Positions 25,667 to 38,088 of a stretch of DNA of 64,000 nucleotides are shown here, piece by piece. The notes below the pieces were generated by a model. It searched no databases, was not told the origin of the DNA, and saw nothing but the letters and a program-made list of their open reading frames with translations. This DNA is from Mobula hypostoma (lineage: Eukaryota). The translations under genes were made by a program, and so were the position numbers. The DNA lies in assembly GCF_963921235.1 (NCBI RefSeq), contig NC_086108.1:38938001-39002000 (forward strand), read 5' to 3'. Numbering within the stretch: position 1 is the stretch's first letter; every line of letters starts with the position of its first letter.

Positions 25667-28600
25667 TAGAACATAGCACATAGAATAGTACAGCACAGTA
25701 CAGGCCCTTTGGCCCTTAAACCCTGCCTCCCATATAAACCCCCACCTTAAATTCTTCCATATACCTGTCTAGTAGTCTCTTAAATTTCACTAGTGTATCT
25801 GCCTCCACCACTGACTCAGGCAGTGCATTCCACGCACCAACCACTCTCTGAGTAAAAAACCTTCCTCTAGTATCCCCCTTGAACTTCCCACCCATTACCT
25901 TAAAGCCATGTCCTCTTGTATTGAGCAGTGGTGCCCTGGGGAAGAGGCGCTGGCTGTCCACTCTATCTATTTCTCTTAATATATTGTGTACCTCTATCAT
26001 GTCTCCTGTCATCCTCCTTCTCTCCAAAGAGTAAAGCCCTAGCTCCCTTAATCTCTGATCATAATGCATACTCTCTAAACCAGGCAGCAGCCTGGTCAAT
26101 CTCCTCTGTACCCTTTCCAATGCTTCCACATCCTTCCTATAGTGAGGCAACTAGAACTGGACAGAGTACTCCAAGCGTGGCGTAACCAGAGTTTTATAGA
26201 GCTGCATCATTACATCGCGACTCTTAAACTCCATCCCTCAACTTATGAAAGCTAACACCCCATAAGCTTTCTTAACTGCCCTATCTACCTGTGAGGCAAC
26301 TTTCAGGGATCTGTGGACATGTACCCCCAGATCCCTCTGCTCCTCCACACTACCAAGTATCCTGCCATTTACTTTGTACTCTGCCTTGGAGTTTGTCCTT
26401 CCAAATTGTACCACCTCACACTTCTCCGGGTTGAAATCCATCTGCCACTTCTGCATCCCATCAATATCTCTTTGCAATCTTCGACAATCCTCTACACTAT
26501 CCACAACACCACCAACTTTAATGTCGTCTGCAAACTCGCAAACCCACCCCTCTACCCCCACATCCAGGTCATTAATAAAAATCATGAAAAGTAGAGGTCC
26601 CAGAACCGATCCTTGTAGGACACCACTAGTCACAATCCTCCAATCTGAATGTACTCCCTCCACCACGACCCTCTGCTTTCTGCAGGCAAGCCAATTCTGA
26701 ATCACCTGGCCAAACTTCCCTGGATCCCATGCCTTCTGACTTTCTGAATAAGCCTACCATGTGGAACCTTATCAAATGCCTTACTAAAATCTATGTAAAT
26801 CATATCCACTGCACTATCCTCATCTATATGCCTGGTCACCTCCTCAAAGAACTCTATCAGGCTTGTTAGACACGATCTGCCCTTCACAAAGCCATGCTGA
26901 CTGTCCCTGATCAGACCATGATTCTCTAAATGCCCATAGATTCTATCTTTAAGAATCTTTTCCAACAGCTTTCCTACCACAGACGTAAGGCTCACTGGTC
27001 TATAATCACCCAGACTATCCTTACTACCTTTTTTGAACAAGGGGACAATATTTGCCTCCCTCCAGTCCTCCGGTACCATTCCCGTGCACAACGAGGACAT
27101 AAAGATCCTATCCAGGGGCTCAGCAATCTCTTCCCTCGCCTCGTGGAGCAGCCTGGGGAATATTCCGTCAGGCCCCGGGGACTTATCCGTCCTAATGTAT
27201 TTTAACAACTCCAACACCTCCTCTCCCTTAATATCAGCATGCTCCAGAACATCAACCTCACTCATATTGTCCTCACCATCATCAAGTTCCCTCTCATTGG
27301 TGAATACCGAAGCGAAATATTCATCGAGGACCTCGCTCACTTCCACAGCCGCCAGGCATATCTTCCCACCTTTATCTCTAATCAGTCCTACATTTACTCC
27401 CGTCATCCTTTTGTTCTTCACATAACTGAAGAATGCCTTGGGGTTTTCCCTTACCCTACTCGCCAAGGCCTTTTCATGCCCCCTTCTTGCTCTCCTCAGC
27501 CCCTTCTTAAGCTGCTTTCTTGCTTCCCTATATTCTTCAATAGACCCATCTGATCCTTGCTTCCTGAACCTCATGTATGCTGCCTTCTTCCACCTAACTA
27601 GATTTTCCACCTCACTTGTCACCCATGGTTCCTTCACCCTACCATTCTTTATCTTCCTTACCGGGATAAATTTATCCCCAACATCCTGCAAGACATCCCT
27701 AAACATCGACCACATGTCCATAATACATTTCCCTGCAAAAACATCATCCCAATTCACACCCATAGGTTCTAGCCTTATAGCCTCATAATTTGCCCTTCCC
27801 CAATTAAAAATTTTCCTGTCCTCTCTGATTCTATCCTTTTCCATGATAATGCTAAAGGCCAGGGAGCAGTGGTCACTGTCCCCCAAATGCTCACCCACTG
27901 AGAGATCTGTGACCTGACCCAGTTCATTACCTAATACTAGATCTAGTATGGCATTCCCCCTGGTCGGCCTGTCCATGTACTGTGACAGGAATCCGTCCTG
28001 GACACACTTAACAAACTCTGCCCCGTCTAAACCATTGGAACTACTCAGGTGCCAATCAATATTAGGGAAGTTAAAGTCACCCATGATAACAACCCAGTTA
28101 TTTTTGCACCTTTCCAAAATCTGCCTCCCAATCTGCTCCTTGGCATCTCTGCTGCTACCAGGGGGCCTATAGAATACTCCCAACAGGGTAACTGCTCCCT
28201 TCCTGTTCCTGACTTCCACCCATGCTGACTCAAAAGAGTATCCTGCGACATTACCCACCCTTTCTATAGCTATAATAGTATCCCTGACCGGTAATGCCAC
28301 CCCTACTCCCCTTTTCCCCCCTCTCTATCCCTTTTAAAGCACTGAAATCCAGAAATATTGAGAATCCATTCCTGCCCTGGTGCCAGCCAAGTCTCTGTAA
28401 TGGCCACTACATCATAATTCCATGTATGTATCCAAGCTCTCAGTTCATCACCTTTGTTCCTGATGCTTCTTACATTGGAGTACATACACTTTAGCCCTTC
28501 TGCCTTACTACCTTTACACCGTTTATTCTGCTTCTCTTTCCTCAAAGCCTCTCTATATGTTAGATCTGGCTTTACTCCATTCACTTTCTTTCACTGTTCT

Positions 28601-29345
28601 ATCGCTCCGGGTCCCATCCCCCTCCCGAACCATGCTAGCAAACCTACCTGCAAGGATATTGCTCCCCCTCGAGTTCAGGTGCAACCTACCCAATCTGTAC
28701 AGGTCCCACCTTCCCCAGAAGAGATCCCAATGATCCAAAAATCTAAAACCCTGCTCCCTGCACCAACTCCTCAGCCATGCATTCAACTGCCATCTCCTCC
28801 AATTCTTACCATCACTGTCACGTAGCACTGGCAGCAATCCTGAGAACGCCAACCTTGAGGTCCTGTTCTTCAGCCTTCTGCCTAATTCCCAAAACTCACA
28901 CTTCAGGACCTCATCCCTCTTCCTGCCTATGTCGTTGGTACAAACATGTATCACGACTTCTGGCCGCTTTCCCTCTCGTACCAGGATGTCATGCACCCGG
29001 TCAGAGACATCCCAGATCCTGGCACCCAGGAGGCAACAAACCACGCGGGTGTCCTTCTCGCGTCCACAAAATCTCCTGAATGCTCCCCTGACTATAGAGT
29101 CTCCAATGACGACAGCTCTCCTCTTCTCCGTTCCACCCTTCTGAACCACAGGGTCAGACTCAGTGCCGGAGGCCCTGCCACCGTGGCTCACCCCTGGTCG
29201 GCCGTCCCCGCCAACAGTATCCAGGATGGTAAACTTATTATTTAGGGGAATGGCTACAGGGGTGATCTGCACTACCTGTCTGCTCACCTTCACTTTCCCC
29301 CCTCTGACTGTCACCCAACAACCTGCTTCTGGCAGCTTAGGTTTT
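25667..29345 (-). mobile_element. CR1 LINE, near full-length and relatively young (ORF1 esterase + ORF2 APE/RT)
   Basis: ORF 28553-29314 SGNH-like (VVIGDSIVRG, TNDIG, LHLN); ORFs 28303-28584, 26702-28300 (532 aa), 26238-26705 and 25716-26150 cover APE, RT and C-terminus with few disruptions. Confidence 0.95.
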
Positions 29346-29734
29346 TAGAAGTAAATGTGTATTAAAGTAAATGGAAACATTTCACCCGGAAATATTTTAA
29401 TCCCAGAATACAAGAAAGCATGGAAGACAAATACTTAGCTAATCACATCCATGCTTCATGTGTAAAAGAGTATTCCAATTAATCCTACCCCTCAAGCACC
29501 TCCTCCATTTCCTTGCAAATATTTCCTTTCCAGTCATTTACCAATTTTCTTTCAAAAATTTCATACGAGTCTGCTCCACTACTTGTTAAGGTAACACAAT
29601 CCAAATCAAACTTAAATATGCTTTTGAACAAAAGAAGCAAGTTTGGGCTTTTGATTTACAGGCCTAGTCTAGACGAATGTTTGTCCCATTTGTGCCAGTC
29701 TTTCTAATTATAAAAATATGGATTATTTTCACAG

Positions 29735-29956
29735 ACAACTTCGCCACCTAGCCAAGTAAACATAGCAGCCATTGTGGCTCCATGTGTCATTGTTGGGGTG
29801 ATAGTTCTTGCTACCATTCTGACTTTCCTAATCCTAAAACTGCGTGAGAAACGTAAGACTGAAGGGAACTACAGTCCAAGCAACCAGGAACAAACAGCAG
29901 CTCAAATGGAAATGAACAATGCTCTTAAACTACCACCAGAAGAGCGCCTGATTTGA
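29735..29956 (+). CDS. CRB3-like gene, terminal exon (TM + Crumbs cytoplasmic tail)
   Basis: gattattttcacag|ACA, phase 0; TTSPPSQVNIAAIVAPCVIVGVIVLATILTFLILKLREKRKTEGNYSPSNQEQTAAQMEMNNALKLPPEERLI*. KLREKRxTEGxY...LKLPPEERLI is the CRB3-type tail. Confidence 0.9.
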   Translation, partial: TTSPPSQVNIAAIVAPCVIVGVIVLATILTFLILKLREKRKTEGNYSPSNQEQTAAQMEMNNALKLPPEERLI

Positions 29957-30085
29957 TGTGCTGAAGCTTTGGGATACAATCTTGGGGGTTAATGGTGGAA
30001 GATGTCAACATACCCCAGGTATTCCCTATGCTACTCAACAATTGGAGTTAAAAAAAATCTGTCACAAAGCTGTGGAACTCAAAGA

Positions 30086-30112
30086 GTGTGTGTGTGCGCG
30101 CGCGTGCGTGCA
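30086..30112. repeat. (GT)n(GC)n alternating purine-pyrimidine tract
   Basis: gtgtgtgtgtgcgcgcgcgtgcgtgca between the two Crumbs terminal exons. Confidence 0.85.
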
Positions 30113-30194
30113 TTATTTCTTTAAACCAAGGCAGCTTCAAAGCTAATCCAGTGTGGGCTATCCCTAAGTGTTTAATTGTTTTCACTCTTGTCAG

Positions 30195-30407
30195 CAGGAA
30201 GCCTGGACCTCAGAGTTTCTTCTTTATACTGGGTTGGTCACCGTCGTGTTGTTGCTGATTTTCTTTCTAGTACTTGCTGCCACTATTATGACCCTGAATA
30301 AAAGAGCAACACATGGGGCCTACAGCCCAAGCCGGCAGGAGAAGGAGGGGTCACGAGTGGAGATGTGGAACATGGTGCAACCACCACAAATGGAAAGACT
30401 TATTTGA
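30195..30407 (+). CDS. CRB1: Crumbs homolog 1, last coding exon (TM + cytoplasmic tail)
   Basis: ttttcactcttgtcag|CAG (NAGNAG), phase 0; [70 protein letters not shown], closely matching the CRB1 tail [25 protein letters not shown]..PPxMERLI. The DENND1B neighbour fits known synteny. No EGF exon found in the window, so upstream exons lie outside it. Confidence 0.92.
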   Translation, partial: QEAWTSEFLLYTGLVTVVLLLIFFLVLAATIMTLNKRATHGAYSPSRQEKEGSRVEMWNMVQPPQMERLI

Positions 30408-30587
30408 ATGAAGCTTGTTTCACTACATATTGTCATGTCACCTCTGCATGGATAGGCTGAGGACTATTCAATTCAACATCTTGCGAGAAATGCTTTGTTA
30501 GTATTAGATATTTTCTGTTACCCATTTGCGGGCATCACCAGCAAGGCCTATTTAATGCCAATCTCTAACTACCCATGAGATGGTACT

Positions 30588-30593
30588 AATAAA
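30588..30593 (+). terminator. Candidate polyadenylation signal for Crumbs transcripts
   Basis: First AATAAA after the CRB1 stop; further copies at ~31158, ~31182 and ~31318. Confidence 0.35.
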
Positions 30594-32039
30594 CTGCCGA
30601 CTTGAACTGTGGACAGTCAACATGAATGTACCTTCACAGTGTAATTAACTAGGTAATTCAACTTTAATCTGTCACTTGCTTGCCCCGATATTCAAATATG
30701 TTATTGAAAATTGCTCTTCCTCAAAATTTTCAACAGATAAGGGGTCTCGATGCTAATAAGTGATATTAAGAATACAAAATGTGCACAAATACAGAAAATT
30801 TGATGCAATTGGATGGTTCAGCCAAGATAATAAGCCGATGTACCAACAACTCTTAGGCGTTACTGTTAAGAACAAGGTGGTCAGAAACGGAGCATTAAAC
30901 TCCTTGTGATAGATGAAAATTGAACCACATGCATCTCAGCAGGGTGAAAATATTAAAATTCTTCTCTTTTATTTCATTGTAGTCATTCAAATTTTTTTTT
31001 TGTAATACAGCACCGTTTTTTACATTAATGTACTCAAGATCACCAAGACCCAGGCAAAGAATCACAGAATTACAAATTGTGGTCTGAGAAAATTGATCTT
31101 TTGAGTTGATTTAGAATTAAGATGGACAAAAACAGGTTATAGTTCTGTCAACAAGCAAATAAACAAGTGAAAACATGACAAAATAAAAATATTAGACACA
31201 ATTTATAATGGTTTTAACCATGTTGAAAACAGACACTTTATCACAGTGTAAATCTTTGTATAACAGTACTATAACAGTGTTACAAACCATACAGATACCC
31301 TACTTTTTTTCTGATGAAATAAACCTTTGTTACACATATTCAAATTAGTCACTAGTTTCAAGCGAGTTCTTTGAAGGAATCAAAGCTGGTTAATATTTCA
31401 TGGGTCAATTCTGCACCTAAAGAATAGCATCCACATAAGATGTTCCTTTAGTTCTTCCTTTTTTCAAGCATTTTTTATTTCTAGTATTTTCTTATTTCAG
31501 TTCTTTTTAACTCTGGAAAAATTGACATTTTTTACTTGTATTGAGACTCCTTTGAAGAACTGTTGAACGGAGAGAGGTTAATATTTACCAGATCATGCTT
31601 TAATCTCCATCTGCATTGAACAAACATTTTAAATGGAACGCACGTTCAAAGTAGCCTGGTAAATTGATTATTTTCAGTATCTGACTAACACACAGTATTT
31701 TATGGCAGAATTGGGCAAAATCAGCTGAAGGATGTTTATCAGATTTTGATGTTTTTCCTGATTTGGGAATGCTTTTATTACTATCCATATGGTGGGAGAT
31801 GTTAATTGCCAGAGTTCAAGGTCAAGCACCACACAAATGGTGTTAGCTCCAATCAGTGAGATTAAATACAAGGAACAGTAGCATAAGTTGCATGGGGTCA
31901 GTTTTAATATGTATATGCTAAGAATATCAAGGAACTTGCTTATAGTTATTGATTAATTGCAAAGATATGTGTTTGTTTAAAATAAGTGAGAAGGCTTTGA
32001 TGATGATGGTATAATAAAACTATCAAGACAAATTGGAGG

Positions 32040-35000
32040 ACAGGAAGCGCGTGGACATCAGCCAGTGAGAACAGCTAGAAGAATTTAAAAGAGAAAGAGT
32101 TTAAAGAGTTGAATTTCTGTATTTTATAGCTGTAGAAGATATATATTAATAAAAAGATTTAAAAATGAGTTTAAAGGGAGTCGGTTATTTCTTCAGCGGT
32201 TTGATCAAGGCACAACTGTGCAAGTGCGCGGACGTCAGCCAGTGTGAACAGCGAGAAGAGTTTAAAAGGAGACAGATTTATAGAGCAGGCGACAGAGTAA
32301 AGGGAGACAGTAGGAAGAGACAGAGTAGGAAGGCTTTGGCTCAACGGGGCTTTGGCGATAATGGTTCGAGGTGAGGTAGGTTAACTGTATAGAATACAGA
32401 CAGGAAGAATGTGTGTGAAGCCAGTGTTCTGTGCTCGGTGTCAGATGTGGGAAGTCTGGGAGACTCCCAGCCTCCTGGACGGCCACATCTGCACCAGGTG
32501 CGTCGAGGTGCAGCTCCTTAGGGACCGTGTTAGGGAACTAGAAATGCAGCTCGATGACCTTCGTCTGGTGAGGGAAAGTGAGGACATGATAGAGAGGTGC
32601 TATAGGCAGGTAGTCACACCAGGGCCTGGGGAGACAGATAAGTGGGTCACGGTCAGGAGAGGAAATGGCAGGAGTCAGAGGCTAGAGAGCACCCCTGTGA
32701 CTGTCCCTCTTGACAATAAGTACTCCTGCTTGAGTACTGTTAGGAGGGGGGACGGCTTACCTGGGGGAAGCAATAGTGGCCGTGCCTCTGGCACAGAGTC
32801 CGGCCCTGTGGCTCAGAAGATTAGGGAAAGGAAGAGGATGGCAACAGTGATAGGAGACTCAGACAGGCGATTCTGTGGACGCAGGAAAGAAACTTGGATG
32901 GTAGTTTGCTTCCCAGGTGCCAGGGTCTGAGATGTTTCTGATCACGTCCAAGACATCCTGAAGTGGGAAGGAGAACAGCCAGAGGTCATGGTACATATTG
33001 GTACCAAGGACATAGGCAGGAAAAAGGAGGAGGTTCTGAAAGCAGATTACAGGGAGTTAGGAAGGAAGTTGAGAAGCAGGACCACAGAAGGTGTCATCTC
33101 GAGATTAATGCCTGTGCCACGTGACAGTGAGTATGGGAATAGAGTGAGGTGGAGGATAAATGCGTGGCTGAGGGATTGGAGCAGGGGGCAGGGATTCAGA
33201 TTTCTGGATCATTGGGACCTCTTTTGGGGCAGGAATGACCTGTACAAAAAGGACAGGTTGAACTTGAATCCCAGGGGGACCAATATCCCAGCGGGGAGTT
33301 TTGCTAAAGCTACTGGGGAGTGTTTAAACTAGGATTGCTGGGGGTTGGGAACCAAGCTGAAGAGATGGACGAAGAGGTGGTTGGGTCACAAATAGAGAAA
33401 GCTTGGAGTCAATGCGAGTGGGAGGATAGACAGGTGATAGAGAAGAGAAGCGCTCAGATCGATCGTTTGAGATGTGTCTATTTTAATGCAAGGAGTATTA
33501 TGAACAAAGTGGATGAGCTTAGAGTGTGGATCAGTACTTGGATCTATGATGCTGTGGCCATTACAGAGATCGGGATGGCTCAGGGGTAGGAGTGGTTACT
33601 TTGAGTACCAGGCTTTAGATGTTTCAGAAAGGACAGGGAGGGAAGCAAAAGAGGTGGGGGCGTAGCCCTGTTGATCAGAGATAGTGTCATGGCTGTAGAA
33701 AAGGAGGAAGTCATGGAGGGATTGTCTATGGAGTCTCTGTGGGTGGAAGTTAGGAACAGGAAGGGTTCAATAACTCTACTGGGTATTTTTTTATAGGCCA
33801 CCTAATAGTAACAGGGACTAGAGTTGCAGATAGGGAGACAGATTCTGGAAAGGTGTAATAATAAAAGGGTTGTTGTGGTGGGAGATTTTAATTTCCCAAA
33901 TATCGATTGGCATGTCCCTAGAGCAAGGGGTTTAGATGGGGTGGAGTTTGTTAGGTGCGTTCAGGAAGGTTTCCTGACACAATATGTAGATAAGCCTACA
34001 AGAGGAGAGGCTGTACTTGATCTGGTATTGGAAAATGAACCTGGTCAGGTGTCAGATCTCTCAACGAGAGAGCATTTTGGAAATAGTGATCACAATTCTA
34101 TCTCCTTTACCATAGTATTGCAGAGGGATAGGAGCAGACTAGTTAGGGAAGCATTTAGTTGGAGTAAGGGGAAATATGAGACTATCAGGCAGGAGCTTGG
34201 AAGCATAAATTGGGGACTGCTGTTCTCAGGGAAATGTACAGAAGTAATGTGGCAAATGTTCAGGGTATACTTGTGTGGAGTTCTGCATAGGTACATTCCA
34301 ATGAGACAGGGAAAGGATGGTAGGGTACAGAACTGTGGTGTACAAAGGCTGTTGTCAATCTACTCAAGAAGAAAAGAAGAGACTACAAAAGGTTCAAAAA
34401 GCTACGTAATGATAGAGATCTAGAATATTGTAAGGCTAGCAGGAAGGAGCTTAAGAAAGAAACTAGGAGAGCCAGAAGGAGCCATGAGAAGGATTAAGGA
34501 AAACCCCAAGGCATTCTACAAGTATGTGAAGAGCAAGAGGATAAGACGTGAGAGAATAGGACCAATCAAGTGTGACAGTGGAAAAGTGTGTATGGAACCG
34601 GAGGAGATAGCAGAGGTACTTAATGAATACTTTGCTTCAATGTTCACTATGGAAAAGGATCTTGGTGATTGTAGGGATGACTTACAGCAGACTGAAAAGC
34701 TTGAGCATGTAGATATTAAGAAAGAGGATGTTCTGGAGCTTTTGGAAAGCATCAAGTTGGATAAGTCACGAGGACCAGACAAGATGTACCCCAGGCTACT
34801 GTGGGAGGTGAGGGAGGAGATTGCTGAGCTTCAGGTAATGATCTTTGCATCATCAATGGGGACAGGAGAGGTTCTGGAGGATTAGAGGGTTGCAGATGTT
34901 GTTCCATTATTCAAGAAAGGGAGTAGAGATAGCCCAGAAAATTATAGACCAGTGAGTCTTACTTCAGTGGTCAGTAAGTTGATGGAGAAGATCCTGAGAG

Positions 35001-36330
35001 GCAGGATTTATGAACATTTGGAGAGGCATAATATGATTAGGAATAGTCAGCATGGTTTTGTAAAAGGCAGGTCGTGCCTTACGAGCCTGATTGAATTTTT
35101 TGAGGATGTGACTAAACACATTGATGAAGGTAGAGCAGTAGATGTAGTGTATATAGATTTCAGCAAGGCATTTGACAAGGTACCCTGTGCAAGGCTTATT
35201 GAGAAAGTAATGAGGCATGGGATCCAAGGGGACATTGCTTTGTGGATCTAGAACTGGCTTGCCTACAGAAGGCAAAAAGTGGTTGTAGACAGGTCATATT
35301 CTGCATGGAGGTCAGTCACCAGTGGAGTGCATCAGGGATCTGTTCTGGGACCCCTATTCTTCATGATTTTTATAAATGACCTAGGTGAAGAAATGGAGGG
35401 ATGGGTTAGTAAATTTGCTAATGACACAAAGGTTGGAGGTGTTGTGGATAGTGTGGAGGTCTGTCAGAGGTTACAGTGGGACATTGATAGGATGCAAAAC
35501 TGGGATGAGAAATGGTAGATGGAGTTTAACCCAGATAAGTGTGAGGTAGTTCATTTTGGTGGGTCAAATATGATGGCAGAATATAGTATTAATGGTAAGA
35601 CACTTGGCAGTGTGGAGGATCAGAGGGATTTTGGGATCCGAATCCATAGGACACTCAAAGCTGCTGCGCAGATTGACTCTGTGGATAAGAAGGCATATGG
35701 TGCATTGGCCTTCATCAATCGTGGGATTGAGTTTAAGAGCCGAGAGGTAACGTTACAGCTACATGGGACCCTGGTCAGACCCCACTTAGAGTACTGTGCT
35801 CAGTTCTGGTCGCCTCACTACAGGAAGGATGTGGAAACCATAGAAAGCGTGCAGAGGAGATTTACAAGGATGTTACCTGGATTGGGGAGCATGCCTTATG
35901 AGAATAGGTTGAGTGAACTCAGCCTTTTCTCCTTGGAGCGACGGAGGATGAGATGTGACCAGACAGAGGTATATAAGATGATGAGAGGCAATGATCATGT
36001 GGATAGTCAGAGGCTTTTTCCCAGGGCTGAAATGGCTAACGCGAGAGGGCACAGTTTTAAGGTGCTTGGAAGTAGGTACAGAGGAGATGTCAGAGGTAAG
36101 TTTTTTTAAAAAAACGCAGAGAGTAGTGAGTGCGTGGAATGGGCTGCCGGCAACAGTGGTGGAGGTGGATACGATAGGGTCTTTTAAGAGACTCCTGGAC
36201 AGGTATATGGAGCTCAGAAAAATAGAGGGCCATGGGTAACCCTAGGTAATTTCTCAGGTAAGGACATGTTTGGCACATCTTTGTGGGCCAAAGCGCCTGT
36301 ATTGTGCTGTAGGTTTTCTATGTTTCTGTA
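32040..36330 (+). mobile_element. CR1 LINE, full-length but disabled
   Basis: Duplicated 5' UTR motif (~32044, ~32221); ORF1 Zn-finger/coiled coil (CARCQMW..HICTRC..LEMQL) plus esterase (VIGDS, VHIGT); ORF2 APE/RT pieces 33320-36109; tail tttctatgtttct. Confidence 0.95.
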
Positions 36331-37129
36331 TTTCCACGATTTTACACCCTGGTGACAATTCAGTCGAACAGATCCATATTGTAGTAAATGTCCCACACAA
36401 GCTTCATGAGTCTCACCGTGAACAACATGTCCTCTATTTTTTTCTTCTTTCATCTAACCTTATCATAAATACTATTCATTTCACTCACTCCATCTGGCAG
36501 CAAGTTCTTCGAAAAGTAAACTTTTTTTAAATAAAGACGTTTCTCTTGAACTCTTTGTTGTATTCCTTAGTAAATTCTTAAGTGAACGTTTTGGACTAGC
36601 TCAAAAGTGGAAATATTATTGATTATATTGAACACTTTAATAATTAGTCATCTCATCTCCTGCTCTTCCCTCGTCTTTCCTGACAGTGATATCCTCACAG
36701 TACTTTAGGCCAAATTGACTCAAAGAGACAGCCTGCCTGAGATTAGGGTAACATAGAAGAATGGTTAGATCTGCACAGATCCATAAATGCAGCAAGTGAA
36801 TAGGCAAGGGCAAAGGGTTTAGAGGAATTCCAGGTGGGAGAGAACTTTGTTCAAGGTTATGCACAGGGTACTCTGATATGAAGGTAGAATTACCTACCCA
36901 GAAACATGAGTGGAGGGATGAAGTAACAACATACAACCAATCCAGAGAGGAAGGAATGATATGTGGCACCAGCGTTCCTTTACCTGACCTAAGCGTGAGG
37001 GAAAGTGATTTCCTGATAAGATAAATGCAAAATAATTACTCTACAGAATCAAACAGTAGGTATTTGGGTGGATATAGAGGACAGTTATTTGCTGGATATG
37101 GATTCAAAAGGCAAACAAGAGAAAATCTA

Positions 37130-38088
37130 CAGGTGCCGTCTCCAATGGGATCTCACCACCCAGCACATCTTCCCCACGCACCCCCCCCCCCGCACTTCCT
37201 GCTTTCTGCAGGGATCGCTCCCTTAGTGGCTCCCTTGTCTATTCATTTCCCACATCCCACTAACCTCCTTCCTGGTACTTATCCTTACAAGCAGAACAAG
37301 TGCTACTCCTGCCCCTACGCCTTCCCCCTCACTACCATTCAGGGGGCACCAAAGTGTCCTTCCAGGTGAGATGACACTTCACCTGCGAGTTTGTTGGGGT
37401 CATCAACTGTATCCGGTGTTCCCGGTGTGGCCTCCCAGTATATTGGTGAGACCTGACATAGATTGGGAGACTGCTTCGTCGAGCATCTATGCTACATCCA
37501 CCAGAGAAAGCAGGATCTCCCAGTGCCCACCCATTTTAATTCTACTTCCCATTCCGACATGTCAGTCCATGGCCTCCTCTCCTGTCGCAATGAGACCACA
37601 CTCAGGTTGCAGGAGCAACACCTTATATTCTGTCTGGGTAGCCCGCAACCTGATGACATGAATGTTGATTTCTCAAACTTCTGGTTATGTCACCCGCTCC
37701 CCACCCCTGCACCATTCTCCGTTCCCATTTCCCTTTCTCACCTTATCTTCTTAACTGCCCATCACCTCATCACATCCCTCTGGTGCTCCTCCCCCTTCCC
37801 TTTCCTCCATGGCTTTCTGTTTTCTCCTCTCAGATTCCCCAGCCCTTTACCTCTTTCTCCAATCGACTTCCCAGCTCTTTGCGTTACCCCTCCCTGTCTT
37901 GGTTTCACCTATCACCTACTACCTTTATTTCTTCCTGTCCTCCCCGCACCTTCTTACTCTGACTTCTCGTCCTTTATCTCCAGTCCTGATGAAGGGTTTT
38001 GGCCTGAAGCATCGACTGTTTACTCTTTTCCATAGATGCTGCCTGGCCTACTGAGCTCCTCCAGCATTGTGTGTGTGTTGCTTGGATT
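37130..38088 (+). mobile_element. Penelope-like element 3' fragment (GIY-YIG endonuclease)
   Basis: Reads SFQVR*HFTCEFVGVINCIRCSRCG...YIGET*HRLGDCFVEHL...VPTHFNSTSH...EQHLIFCLG, followed by a pyrimidine-rich tail and the catagatgctgcctggcc...ccagcatt arm. Confidence 0.8.

Noticed and set aside
26702..28300. 532-aa ORF as a host gene or an active LINE
   Set aside because: It is CR1 ORF2 and is broken by stops/frameshifts at both ends.
26313..29348. Many + strand ORFs over the CR1 (also 55233-58141)
   Set aside because: Antisense shadows of LINE ORFs.
1..29700. CRB1 EGF/laminin-G exons
   Set aside because: No Cys-spaced EGF pattern found on the + strand; those exons must lie upstream of the window.
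29735..29956. Calling this exon CRB2 or true CRB3
   Set aside because: The tail is closer to CRB3 (KLREKR, LKLPPEERLI) than CRB2, but the locus is CRB1-DENND1B, so orthology is unresolved and no symbol is given.
37463..38054. Hydrophobic, Pro-rich ORFs as membrane proteins
   Set aside because: Read-through of the Penelope pyrimidine-rich tail.
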